Made by a program: the position numbers and the translations under genes. Shown piece by piece: positions 1-8,989 of a DNA stretch of 64,000 nucleotides. Source of the DNA: a virus; the IMG/VR virus record IMGVR_UViG_3300035696_000019, positions 1 to 64,000 of that record; one strand, written 5' to 3'. The number at the start of each line of letters is the position of its first letter. Position 1 is the first letter of the stretch. The notes below the pieces were generated by a model, which saw nothing but the letters and a program-made list of their open reading frames with translations, ran no database searches and had not been told where the DNA came from.

Positions 1-700
1 ATCGAACGATGTCGCCGCGACTGAACTCCACATGAGCAATGTTCGGAATCCACAGCAGGCGTTGCAATGCGTCAGCCAGGCCAGACTGTCCGGGGATGTC
101 TTTTTGCGTCACATCGCCGTTGACCACCACGGTGCAATTCTCGCCAATGCGCGTCAGGAACATTTTCATCTGCGTCGGGGAGGTGTTCTGCGCCTCGTCC
201 AGCACCACGAAGGCGTTCTTGAAGGTGCTGCCGCGCATATAGGCCAGTGGGGCGGCGACGATGCGCTCTTCTTTGATCAGCAGCTTTACAAAACTCGCGC
301 CCAGGCGTTCATTGAGCACTTCGCGGAATGGCGCCAGATACGGGTCGAACTTTTCCTCTTTCTCACCCGGCAGGAAGCCGAGCTTTTCGCCTGCTTCCAC
401 GGCGGGTCGCGTGATCAGGATGCGGTCGATCTGCTTCGCTTTGAGCAAATCCGCTGCGTGCGCGGCTGCTACGTAGGTTTTCCCGGTGCCAGCCGGCCCG
501 GTTGCGAAGATGACCTTGTGCGACTTCATGGCATTCAGGTAGCGCGATTGCCCCGGTGTTTTGGCGCGCAATGGCGTGGTGTCAATCTTGTCGCGCAACG
601 GGAGAGTCTGCTCGTAATCGGAGGACGGATCACGATGTCGAAACTCGGATTCACGCGCGCGTTTGCCATTGCGGTTGCTGCGACCTTGGTATTTACCCAT
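1..700 (-). CDS. phoH: PhoH-family ATPase (3' end runs off the window)
   Basis: Not in the ORF track. Manual translation from ATG at 700: MGKYQGR...IFATGPAGTGKTY...ILITRPAVEAGEKLGFLPG...AYMRGSTF...LDEAQN...LTRIGEN...NGDVTQ, all PhoH signature motifs. Confidence 0.95.
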   Translation of the reverse strand, partial: MGKYQGRSNRNGKRARESEFRHRDPSSDYEQTLPLRDKIDTTPLRAKTPGQSRYLNAMKSHKVIFATGPAGTGKTYVAAAHAADLLKAKQIDRILITRPAVEAGEKLGFLPGEKEEKFDPYLAPFREVLNERLGASFVKLLIKEERIVAAPLAYMRGSTFKNAFVVLDEAQNTSPTQMKMFLTRIGENCTVVVNGDVTQKDIPGQSGLADALQRLLWIPNIAHVEFSRGDIVR

Positions 701-714
701 GTGCTCACCTGTGA

Positions 715-738
715 AAAAGCCACCCGGAGGGGTGGCTG
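715..738 (-). terminator. GC-rich hairpin, probable terminator after the lysis cluster
   Basis: AGCCACCC-ggag-GGGTGGCT with an A-tract on the + strand (U-tract on the - strand). Confidence 0.55.
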
Positions 739-779
739 TCGTCAAAGAGATTAATTCAACCGAATTGCGCTCATGTCGC

Positions 780-1163
780 TTACAACTGATAGCCGGAAGC
801 GTTGGTCAGCACGTTTGCGCCACTCGTCACCGCCTGAATGTTGAGTGCGTTACCCGGCGAGGCACGCAGCGGGGTGCGGAAACTCAACACCACCGGCATG
901 GACATGTTGGCCGGCGCGTCGTAGGCGGCGAGCACCTTGGTGCCGTCCAGCACTTCAATCAGCGTGGCGGTGGCCGAGGTGTTTTGGTAATGCAGGTCAG
1001 TCAGACAATTGCGCAAGCTCACGCCATTGCTGACTGTCGCTTGCGCTAAGGTGGTGACGCCATTTGTGGTCAGTGCGCCGGTCGCGCTCCACGAGCTGTC
1101 GTCGCAGACCAGCACCATGGCCGCCACAGGCACGCCATCAACCGATCGGGTAGGATCAAGCAT
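780..1163 (-). CDS. hypothetical protein (beta-rich, possibly virion-associated)
   Basis: 127-aa ORF with an AAGGAG RBS, collinear with the lysis genes. Confidence 0.65.
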   Translation of the reverse strand: MLDPTRSVDGVPVAAMVLVCDDSSWSATGALTTNGVTTLAQATVSNGVSLRNCLTDLHYQNTSATATLIEVLDGTKVLAAYDAPANMSMPVVLSFRTPLRASPGNALNIQAVTSGANVLTNASGYQL

Positions 1164-1172
1164 GAAAACTCC

Positions 1173-1769
1173 TTATTTGGACGGTGCGCTTTGCGGCGGC
1201 GTGGATTGGGCCAGCAGGTCTTGGGCGCGATGCGCGGTGGCATTGGAACCGAAGAAGAACTGCAATACCAGAATGACGGCGGCGTCGAGCGTGCCCAGCA
1301 GACGAATGATGATCTCGCGCATATCGGCGGGAATGACGTGCTCCAGCAGGAACCACTGGATCAGCCCCCAGCAGGTCAGCACGACCATGCCGATAACGAC
1401 CTGTGGCAGCAGTGTGGTTTTGATCGCCATGATGCGTGCGCTGGCGCGATCTTGCTCGGCGGCCTGGATACTGGCCGTATCCGCTTCAGCCAACTTGCCG
1501 AGGTTGTCATAGCCCAGTTTCGTCATGACTTCCTGATGCTTCTGATCCGCCTGTTTCAACGCCAGCAATTGATCCGGCGCTGCGCCTTTGATGGCGGCAA
1601 TGACGGTTTCCGGACTGGCTTGCGTGGAGCCGCCCGAGCCATCGCTCAACCCCAATGCGTTGCACAAAGCACCTACCGCGACTCCAGCCACCGGGGTGCC
1701 CAGTGTGCCAGCGATCCAGGGCGCAATCGTGCCAATAGCCGATTTGACGCCGCTCCAATCTGCACTCAT
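1173..1769 (-). CDS. holin-like membrane protein
   Basis: Hydrophobic N-terminus, C-terminal TM segments ending QFFFGS, directly downstream of the endolysin. Confidence 0.7.
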   Translation of the reverse strand: MSADWSGVKSAIGTIAPWIAGTLGTPVAGVAVGALCNALGLSDGSGGSTQASPETVIAAIKGAAPDQLLALKQADQKHQEVMTKLGYDNLGKLAEADTASIQAAEQDRASARIMAIKTTLLPQVVIGMVVLTCWGLIQWFLLEHVIPADMREIIIRLLGTLDAAVILVLQFFFGSNATAHRAQDLLAQSTPPQSAPSK

Positions 1770-1778
1770 GACATTCTC

Positions 1779-2402
1779 CTAATCGTTGATTGGCGCATCG
1801 ATGCCGAACACGCCGCAGATTCGTTTGTAGAGTTCGACGCACTCGTCGAGTCCAATCTCGCCACCATTGACGCGACGGCGAATCTCTCTCTGCTTGCCGT
1901 TATCGGCCAGATCGTTGAGATTGCGCTGCGACCAGAACCAACCGGCGGAGGCGGCCCCATTAACCGGATCGAGTAGCAAATCGGGGTTACTGGTGATGTC
2001 GAGATTCAGCGCAATGGTCAATAGCGCCATATTGTCGGCGCCCGTGATCTGGATCGGGCCATGCCCGCGATTCTTCCAGCCGTCGCCGCTCGCTTCATCG
2101 CCATTACCCATGCGGTTCGCGTAAATGTGGTTCGCAATGCGTTCGGGATGACGTGCGTATTCACTTGCGCTCGCCTCGTCGAAGTGCGCGTGAAAGAGAC
2201 GCAGCAGACTTTCGGCGCTGTAATCCAGGTTCTCTTGCGTCACGCGCAGCATTTCCGATTCATGCAGCACTTGCGCGAGAAAGGATGCTTGACGCAGAGG
2301 GGTATCGATGCCGAATTGCGTCATGGCATTCGTCAGTGGGTCGGCCCATGCTTGGGCGATTTCGTCGGTTGTGCCGCAAGCGGCCAATTGCTCTGGTGTC
2401 AT
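1779..2402 (-). CDS. endolysin, glycoside hydrolase family 19
   Basis: Motifs FLAQVLHES, YANRMGNGDEASGDGWKNRGHGPIQITG, SAGWFW and RRVNGG. Confidence 0.92.
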   Translation of the reverse strand: MTPEQLAACGTTDEIAQAWADPLTNAMTQFGIDTPLRQASFLAQVLHESEMLRVTQENLDYSAESLLRLFHAHFDEASASEYARHPERIANHIYANRMGNGDEASGDGWKNRGHGPIQITGADNMALLTIALNLDITSNPDLLLDPVNGAASAGWFWSQRNLNDLADNGKQREIRRRVNGGEIGLDECVELYKRICGVFGIDAPIND

Positions 2403-2822
2403 TTAATGCCCCGTCAGTGCCGGCACATCCGGCAGCGTCATAAGTTTGATGAAGAGATACGCGATGATTCCGCCAAAAACCGTCCAACTGCTTTTGATCA
2501 TGGTGCTGCCCGTGCGAATGGAGGCAGATAAGGCTGCTTCACGCTGCTTGAGCATTTCCACGTCGTTTTCAGCTACCTCCAGCCGGTGACGGATGGTATC
2601 GTTGGCGGCGAGAATCAATTCCTGTTGATGCAACTTGTCTTCCAGCGATTCCTGCCGGTCTATCACGCGTTGCAGTAATTGATTGGCCGTGACCCCGCGC
2701 TCCTCTAACACCGCCAGTCGTGTCATGGCGTCGGCAATTTTGCTGACACTTTCGCGGATGTCGCTCATGTCGGCGCGAATTTCTCGGATTTCGTCCTGGC
2801 TGAAGTGAAGGGTGTCGCTCAC
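2403..2822 (-). CDS. coiled-coil protein with C-terminal TM helix (lysis accessory or holin-like)
   Basis: Heptad-rich body and a C-terminal WTVFGGIIAYLFIKL helix. Start placed at GTG 2822; the ORF track starts at 2879. Confidence 0.6.
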   Translation of the reverse strand: MSDTLHFSQDEIREIRADMSDIRESVSKIADAMTRLAVLEERGVTANQLLQRVIDRQESLEDKLHQQELILAANDTIRHRLEVAENDVEMLKQREAALSASIRTGSTMIKSSWTVFGGIIAYLFIKLMTLPDVPALTGH

Positions 2823-2883
2823 GGTCGCGCTCTCAAAGTGAATGCGCCAATTGTAGGCGCATTCACTCGATGTTTTCAAGTCA

Positions 2884-3312
2884 CTACTGACTTACATTCG
2901 TGAGTCGCAAAGCATCCGCAAAAGCATTGGGGTCGAAACGCCACGGCTCTTGCATGCCGATTGCCGTGGCGCAGGCTTCCGAGCAAAAGTATTTACCCTT
3001 ATCCTCGCCCACGGTTGGACGTAGCACGAAGCCAAACAATCCTCGATAGTCGTAGGGTAAGCCCTCTCGATTGGCAAACCACGCGCGCACCGTTTCAACA
3101 TCGCCCGGCCCCTCAATGATATCCCACTCGTCGCAACTCATCGAACAGGTGGTGATGCGCACGCCCGTTCCGGGCACGGAGGAGGCAATGGTGAACGTCG
3201 CATCGTCGTTGACCGACAGAATTGCCTCGACGTGACTGTATTGACCGCGCTCCCACCAGCAAATGATGCGATCAAGCAATGTGGACTTCTTTTTGTAAAA
3301 AGCGAATTTCAT
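2884..3312 (-). CDS. permuted papain-like (NlpC/P60-related) protein
   Basis: YSHVE...PYDY...YFCSE, the His-before-Cys permuted arrangement. Confidence 0.65.
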   Translation of the reverse strand: MKFAFYKKKSTLLDRIICWWERGQYSHVEAILSVNDDATFTIASSVPGTGVRITTCSMSCDEWDIIEGPGDVETVRAWFANREGLPYDYRGLFGFVLRPTVGEDKGKYFCSEACATAIGMQEPWRFDPNAFADALRLTNVSQ

Positions 3313-3315
3313 GCG

Positions 3316-3711
3316 CTAGGCTCCCGGTGCATGAGTGACCCAACCATAAGTGGCGGCCTGTGGTAGTTGCGCAAGTAGCGAGGCGGCATCCGGCGTCACA
3401 ATTTGCCCCGCCTGGTATTGTGCAAAGAGCGCATAGCACGCCTGCCACACCGCGTCGCGCCATGCGACGGCCGCCTTGGCGTCAGTCGCCCATTGTGTGA
3501 CGCCGCTGTTGTAGTAAGAGCTGCACGAGGCAAGGCTGCTATAACCGTTCGCAATGGCGGTTTTATCCAACCACGCCTGCACCGCCTGTTCCAGCGCGGC
3601 GGTATCTGGGCTGCTCTGGTAGGCGACCTGCTCTTGAGTGGTGGCTACGCGCCAACCATCCGGACAAAAATCTCCTACTGCAAAGTTATTATTTCCATCC
3701 GTCCATAACAT
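3316..3711 (-). CDS. tail fibre assembly/chaperone-like protein
   Basis: Follows the fibre gene; LDKTAIANGYSSLASCSSY...AVAWRDAVW pattern typical of phage fibre-assembly proteins. Confidence 0.6.
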   Translation of the reverse strand: MLWTDGNNNFAVGDFCPDGWRVATTQEQVAYQSSPDTAALEQAVQAWLDKTAIANGYSSLASCSSYYNSGVTQWATDAKAAVAWRDAVWQACYALFAQYQAGQIVTPDAASLLAQLPQAATYGWVTHAPGA

Positions 3712-3712
3712 A

Positions 3713-6259
3713 TCAGTAATCTCCCATCACACGAATGCGCCACGCCCAGTTTGCCGCCGTCATCGCAACAGATGCGCCAGTCGAGGCATGAATGGCGTAA
3801 AACGCCGTGACGGCTCCCGTCACGAAGATCGATGCGTTGCGCTGCTTGCGCGGCACAAAAGGCGTGACATAAGTTGAAGCCGGCAGCGTGATCGGCTCGA
3901 TGATGTCGCCCACCACAAAGCCGTTTTCCGACACCAGACACATCGCTTCCAGTTTCGCCTGCTTGAAGACGGTGCCGAGGTTGTCAGCGGCAGTCATCAA
4001 GGTGGCGACAGCAGGCAGTCCAAGCGTCCACTGCCCGGTATACCGTCGGTTGAATGCATAAGCGATCACGCTGCTGATGGCGGCAGCGCCCGCAATACAC
4101 TCGCCCAGATAAATGCGCTGAATCTTACTCAGAGTCGGGCCGCCCAATGTGCTGATGTTCGGCCCACTTGGGGTATACATCACGCCCGTTTCGTAGTCGT
4201 AATAATCAGATGCATAACCTGCGGCAGCGATACTGGGCGCAGAGACGGGCACACTGTAGGCTGTGCCGGCAGGGTGCAGGGTATACGGCAGCAATTCGAA
4301 GGCGTCAACGTAGCCGGTAGTGTAATAGGTGGTGCCTGCGGTATTGGATGCGCCCACGCGAATCGAGCCATTCGACCCTAGCCCGCAAACCTTTGCAGAG
4401 GATGTGACGACCGCCGTGCTATCCGCCGTGCCATTGATATAGACGTAATACTTGCCCGCTACCGGGTCATACGTCAGCTCGATCAGGTTGTAAGCGCCCG
4501 TCGTCAACACGGTGGTGCCGGCCAGTGCCGAAGCGATGTCCCAGGAGGTGCCGGTAGACGACAGGTTGAGTGATACCTTGCCTGTGGAGGCGACGTTGAC
4601 GACCGCGCCATAGCCTGCGCCATTAACGTTGGAAATCACCCCCGAGAGCGCGGCTCCAAGCGAAGTAAAGTAGACCTGTGCGCGCATCGTCCAGCCACCG
4701 CCATTAACGCCCAGATACGGGAATTGACCGGGGGAGCTGTAAAGGTAATCCGTGGTGCCGTTCAACACGTTGTTGGTGCCGCCGCCGCCCAGCGCGTAAG
4801 TGCCAAATTTCACCGCCGTGCTTTGTTGCTTGGCGCCACCTGCCGCAAACCACATACCACCCGCGTCATCAATGGGAGCGCCTGTTTCGAAATTCAACAG
4901 TGATTGGTAATACCCCTCGTTGGTGGCATAAGGAATGCCGTAACAGGTCGATCCGGGGAATTGGAGCGGAGGGGCTTGAGTGCTGCCCAACGTGAGCGCG
5001 CCCGTCGTGGTGTTGCGCTGCACATAGAGGAACGACTGCACGCTCGCCGGCACGGCTGGCCAGGACGTATCCGCATTGATCTGAGCGCCAACGTCAATCT
5101 GGCCTAGTGGCCCCATACCAAATGCAAAAGTCAGTGCCAGCGCAACGGAGGTGGCGAGCAACTTCGGCTGCAACCCAGACCCAGTGTTGATGAATGCCGC
5201 CGTATTACCGTTGCCGTTGGCGAAACTTCCCGCTTGAGCACAGTTGCGACGCTGTGTGGTGGGAAAGCCCTGAGCGGTTGCATTGGCAAAGTCAGATTGT
5301 TCGGGGAAGATGTTGGTGGCGTCCGACCAGATGGCATTACTTTGCCCCTGCGCGAGCGCAAGGCTGGAACCCGCCCCTGCGCTCGCCAGCGTGACGACAT
5401 AGTTGCCGCTCGTGGCATTGCGCACGATCCACGAACCGCTTAACGCGGGGAAGGTGACGGTCGTATTGGCTGTTAGCGCGCCCGTCAGGATGACCTCCAT
5501 AACGCCCGCTTGAGCGGCTGTCAGCGTGACGTTGCCACCCGCAAGCGATACGGATACCAGACCCGACACGGCGGTGCGCACAAAGGCATCCGTTGCCGGA
5601 GCGTTGGAGGCGTCACCCGCCGTCTGAGTTACCATCTGTGACAGCGCAAAGTCATTCTGTTCGGGAAGGATGTTGACCGCATCCGACCAGATGGCGTTCG
5701 ACTTGCCTTGCGCAACAACCAGAGAGGAGCCGGCGCCCGCTGATGCAATCGTGAGCGTATAGGCGCCACTGGTGTTATTGCGCACCACCCAGGAGCCGGT
5801 GAGCGCCGGCAGCGTCACGATGATGTTGGCCGTCAGTGCGCCGGTGAAATTGAGAATCATCGCCCCCGCTTGCGCCGCCGTCAGTGTGACATTGTTGGAG
5901 GTCAACGCGACGTTGGTCATGCCGGCGACGGCATTGCGCACAAAGGCATCTGTCGCCAGTGCAGTTGTGGTGTCGCCCGCGCTCTGCGTGGGCGCAGTGG
6001 GGTTGCCGGTAAAGTTTGGATTATTCAGATACGCCAACGTGCGCGTAAGGTCAATCAACAGCGTCCACGTCGGCGTGGCGGAGGTCAAAAGATAAAGCTG
6101 ACTCAAGTCGGTGCGCCAGCAAAGCATGCCAACCTGGAGGTTGGCCGTCGGGAACGCAGTGCCGGAGTTTTGCGACAACGCCGTCAAGTCGTTATTGAGA
6201 ATGAGTGCCAGACTACTTGCCAGCGAAGTGCCGGACGAAATCGACGTAAAGTTCTGCAT
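3713..6259 (-). CDS. tail fibre protein 1 with C-terminal LamG/ConA-like lectin domain
   Basis: PNFTGNPTAPTQ..ATDAFV fibre repeats, two ~120-aa internal repeats, and a LamG-like region (YYVYINGT...IRVGA...GYVDAF). Confidence 0.85.
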   Translation of the reverse strand: MQNFTSISSGTSLASSLALILNNDLTALSQNSGTAFPTANLQVGMLCWRTDLSQLYLLTSATPTWTLLIDLTRTLAYLNNPNFTGNPTAPTQSAGDTTTALATDAFVRNAVAGMTNVALTSNNVTLTAAQAGAMILNFTGALTANIIVTLPALTGSWVVRNNTSGAYTLTIASAGAGSSLVVAQGKSNAIWSDAVNILPEQNDFALSQMVTQTAGDASNAPATDAFVRTAVSGLVSVSLAGGNVTLTAAQAGVMEVILTGALTANTTVTFPALSGSWIVRNATSGNYVVTLASAGAGSSLALAQGQSNAIWSDATNIFPEQSDFANATAQGFPTTQRRNCAQAGSFANGNGNTAAFINTGSGLQPKLLATSVALALTFAFGMGPLGQIDVGAQINADTSWPAVPASVQSFLYVQRNTTTGALTLGSTQAPPLQFPGSTCYGIPYATNEGYYQSLLNFETGAPIDDAGGMWFAAGGAKQQSTAVKFGTYALGGGGTNNVLNGTTDYLYSSPGQFPYLGVNGGGWTMRAQVYFTSLGAALSGVISNVNGAGYGAVVNVASTGKVSLNLSSTGTSWDIASALAGTTVLTTGAYNLIELTYDPVAGKYYVYINGTADSTAVVTSSAKVCGLGSNGSIRVGASNTAGTTYYTTGYVDAFELLPYTLHPAGTAYSVPVSAPSIAAAGYASDYYDYETGVMYTPSGPNISTLGGPTLSKIQRIYLGECIAGAAAISSVIAYAFNRRYTGQWTLGLPAVATLMTAADNLGTVFKQAKLEAMCLVSENGFVVGDIIEPITLPASTYVTPFVPRKQRNASIFVTGAVTAFYAIHASTGASVAMTAANWAWRIRVMGDY

Positions 6260-6277
6260 GAATCACCTTTCGCTGGT

Positions 6278-6293
6278 AAGTCACTTGTGACTT
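6278..6293. promoter_or_regulatory. palindromic operator AAGTCA-N4-TGACTT (representative copy)
   Basis: Other copies start at 2878, 10357, 16835, 21989, 22932, 27331, 28382, 30996, 33058, 36708, 39219, 42332, 47176, 48879, 50476, 51679, 52165, 58534, 58835 and 63836. Confidence 0.8.
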
Positions 6294-6350
6294 ATTTAAC
6301 TGGTGGCAAGTATAACGCAGTTTCTTGCCACCAATCACAGTTTGATAGCG

Positions 6351-7721
6351 TTACGACACGGCGCCCTTCACATAGGAGGAGCTGTTGCCGTTGGTGCCGC
6401 CCCATGTCACGGTGTAACTGTTCAAAACGACCGCGTTGCCCGGAGAACCGCCAGGCCCGGCACTGTAGCCACCATTTCCGCTTCCAGACCCCGAGCCGCC
6501 AGCTACGCAAAGGTTGCTTGAGGCGCTACTGCCGGCACTACCGAGCGCGCCGCCATTACCGCCGTTGCCGCCATAGGCGCCATTTCCACTTTGCCCAGCG
6601 CTCCCGGAGGTTGCGCTTCCGTATCCCGCCCCCGCGCCCCCATTTCCGCCGGAGTAATAGGTATAGCTATGCGTTGTGATACAGTTATTGTGCGTGAGGA
6701 GGCCATTGGCGAAGAAGGTATGGGGGCCGTTTACGCGAAGTGTGTAGGTGCGAATTGCCCCCTCAATATACTCTACGGCAATGACCTTCACAGACTCTCC
6801 GCCTTGCGTCTGAATGGCACTCCCAATCACCAAGGGCACAACGGTGAGGTCGGGATAAGACGAGGCGGAGGCGTCGGGGTCGATGGATGTCCACGCTTGC
6901 GCTACGGGATCATAGAATGGGTGATCGTTCGTTGCGCCCGTGACCACGCCGTCACTCGTAGTGATGTTGTAATACCCGGCACGGAGTGGCTGAACCAGAT
7001 CCGTGACAACGACGACGCAATCGAGATGAGTCTCAAGGCTGTGAGCATAAATCGTTTCGCCAACTTCGATCGTCTCGATACGACGCTCGCCAAGCGGCGT
7101 CGAGACAAGAGTGCCCGCGATCAAACAACAATCGTTTGACTGGTTGTCATACCAGCCCTCTGCGCCACCACCACCACCGCCACCACCGCCACCAATGGTG
7201 CCATTGTTGATAATGGTCGTATTCATTCCCAGACCGATAGCGGGGCCGCCAGAGCCACCAGCGCCGCCAGAGCCGCCGCCACCAGCGCCACCAGCGCCGC
7301 CAGAACCACAACACCCCACCACTGTGCCATTGTTAGTGATACTGAATGACGACCCCGATGGGAGCGCGCATCCCGTCAGCGCCGCTGTGCCGGTCGAATT
7401 AGAGCCTAGCGTCACGCCGCTGTTGACCGTCAGCGTTGCCACAACGGGCTGTGTGCCATTCCACCCCGCTGCTGTAAGCGCGCTGGAAAGGTTGAATGGC
7501 GTGTTTGTGCTGGCACTGATTACGCCGTTATAAACGAAGTTCGACGACTTGCCGTAAAAGTTGGAAAGTGAAATAGGGCCAGATGCAACGCCGGCCAGAT
7601 TACGCACGGCCGCATCGTTCAATGAAATTTTTGCGCCTGCCGCATAGGTTCCCGGTGTGCTGGTATTAATTTCATTGGCGATGGTCTGGAGAGAGATTGG
7701 CCCGGAGGATGGAAGTGTCAT
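6351..7721 (-). CDS. glycine-rich gp38-like adhesin with inserted Hint domain
   Basis: N-terminal MTLPSSGPISL...ISLSNFYGKS, poly-Gly segments, position after an S74-bearing fibre; Hint domain CLIAGT..TNDHPF..FFANGLLTHN. Confidence 0.8.
   Translation of the reverse strand: MTLPSSGPISLQTIANEINTSTPGTYAAGAKISLNDAAVRNLAGVASGPISLSNFYGKSSNFVYNGVISASTNTPFNLSSALTAAGWNGTQPVVATLTVNSGVTLGSNSTGTAALTGCALPSGSSFSITNNGTVVGCCGSGGAGGAGGGGSGGAGGSGGPAIGLGMNTTIINNGTIGGGGGGGGGGAEGWYDNQSNDCCLIAGTLVSTPLGERRIETIEVGETIYAHSLETHLDCVVVVTDLVQPLRAGYYNITTSDGVVTGATNDHPFYDPVAQAWTSIDPDASASSYPDLTVVPLVIGSAIQTQGGESVKVIAVEYIEGAIRTYTLRVNGPHTFFANGLLTHNNCITTHSYTYYSGGNGGAGAGYGSATSGSAGQSGNGAYGGNGGNGGALGSAGSSASSNLCVAGGSGSGSGNGGYSAGPGGSPGNAVVLNSYTVTWGGTNGNSSSYVKGAVS
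6687..7127 (-). other. Hint domain (mini-intein or BIL-like, 147 aa, no endonuclease)
   Basis: Block A CLIAGTLV, block B TNDH (TxxH), block F/G TYTLRVNGPHTFFANGLLTHN. Confidence 0.88.
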
Positions 7722-8977
7722 GCTTCCTCCAGATGCTCAATGCGCGAGCGTAGATTGCGAATTTCACCAGTCAATTCCTTGATGGCCTCCACGAACAGAC
7801 CGGCGAGGTTGCCGTAGGCGATCGACAGCAATCCTTCTCTGTCCTCATTGACCGCCTCCGGCAATACCTCGCGCACATCCTGCGCCATCAAACCGGTCAT
7901 ACGACGCGCACGCCCGCCAAAGTTGAAGGTGTAGGTGTAGCCGGTAAGCATGCCCACTTTGTCGAGCGCGGACTCAATTGGCTCAAGGTCGGATTTCAGA
8001 CGACGATCCGAAGTGCCCGTCACATTGCCGGCCATTGTCAGATCACCTGAATCATCGATAGTAGCTATCGCCACTGCGCCAGCATTGTTCATCACATACA
8101 GGTTGCCATTCTGCACGCGCAGCGTTTTGCTCGGGGTTGTGCTGCCGTTGCCGGTCAGCAAAATGTTGACTCCATTGCTGTCGCCCGTCGCTGTGACAGT
8201 GAGCGAGGCGGTGTCCGAGGTGCCGGAATCCTGAATCGTGACGGGCGACTTGAGCGTAGAAACACTGGCAACGGTCAGCGAGCCGCCAACCGATTCGTTG
8301 CCGGCGACGGAATGGTTGCCGCCCACGCTTTGACTGCCCGTGACGGTCAGCGAACCTCCCACACTGGCACTACCCAGAAAGGCCGCCAGCGTTGCGCGCC
8401 ATACTTGCGACGAGCCGCCGACCAAATCCCACTCACCGGTCGTCTCGCGCGCCACAAATAACCCCGAGTCGCCAGGATTGAGTGCAATGGTAGTAGTCGA
8501 GGATGTTTCCGGCCCGTCATAGAGCGTATCCGAGCCTTGTGCGGTAACGGTGGCGACACCATTGCCATTGTTGTAAACCCAGATGGCGGCGCCCGGCCAC
8601 AGCGTCTCACCTAATGGCAGAGTGATGGCGGTTGCATTGGGTGAAGTGGCCTGAATGACGAAGCCGACATTGGCCGCCGTTAAGGTGGCCGACGAGGTGA
8701 GCGACAGCACACCGGCAAAACTACCCGTCGATGGCGCTACGCAGAACCCATCCGTCACACTGTAAATCAGCGTCCAGGTAGCCGTGTTGCCGTTCAGCGC
8801 AGTCAGTTGATAAAGCGCCGACAAGTCGGTGCGCCAGCAAGGCATCCCCACTTGCAGATTGGTGGTTGGGAAGGTTGTGCCGGAACTCTGCGACAAGGCG
8901 GTCGAGTCGTTGTTGATCAACTCTGGCAAGCTGGCGAGTAATGTCGCGCTGGTCTGGATATTGGTGAAGTTTTGCAT
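7718..8977 (-). CDS. tail fibre protein 2 with C-terminal intramolecular chaperone (Peptidase_S74)
   Basis: TSDRRLKSDL...GLMAQDV..LPEAV...YGNLAGLFVEAIKEL plus terminal coiled coil. Confidence 0.9.
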   Translation of the reverse strand: MQNFTNIQTSATLLASLPELINNDSTALSQSSGTTFPTTNLQVGMPCWRTDLSALYQLTALNGNTATWTLIYSVTDGFCVAPSTGSFAGVLSLTSSATLTAANVGFVIQATSPNATAITLPLGETLWPGAAIWVYNNGNGVATVTAQGSDTLYDGPETSSTTTIALNPGDSGLFVARETTGEWDLVGGSSQVWRATLAAFLGSASVGGSLTVTGSQSVGGNHSVAGNESVGGSLTVASVSTLKSPVTIQDSGTSDTASLTVTATGDSNGVNILLTGNGSTTPSKTLRVQNGNLYVMNNAGAVAIATIDDSGDLTMAGNVTGTSDRRLKSDLEPIESALDKVGMLTGYTYTFNFGGRARRMTGLMAQDVREVLPEAVNEDREGLLSIAYGNLAGLFVEAIKELTGEIRNLRSRIEHLEEA

Positions 8978-8989
8978 GTGACCGTCCGT

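Noticed and set aside
32-754. 240-aa plus-strand ORF
   Set aside because: Antisense shadow of the minus-strand PhoH gene.
3713-8977. Invertible tail-fibre switch or diversity-generating retroelement
   Set aside because: Both fibres are co-oriented and complete. No invertase, reverse transcriptase or TR/VR pair was seen in the window.
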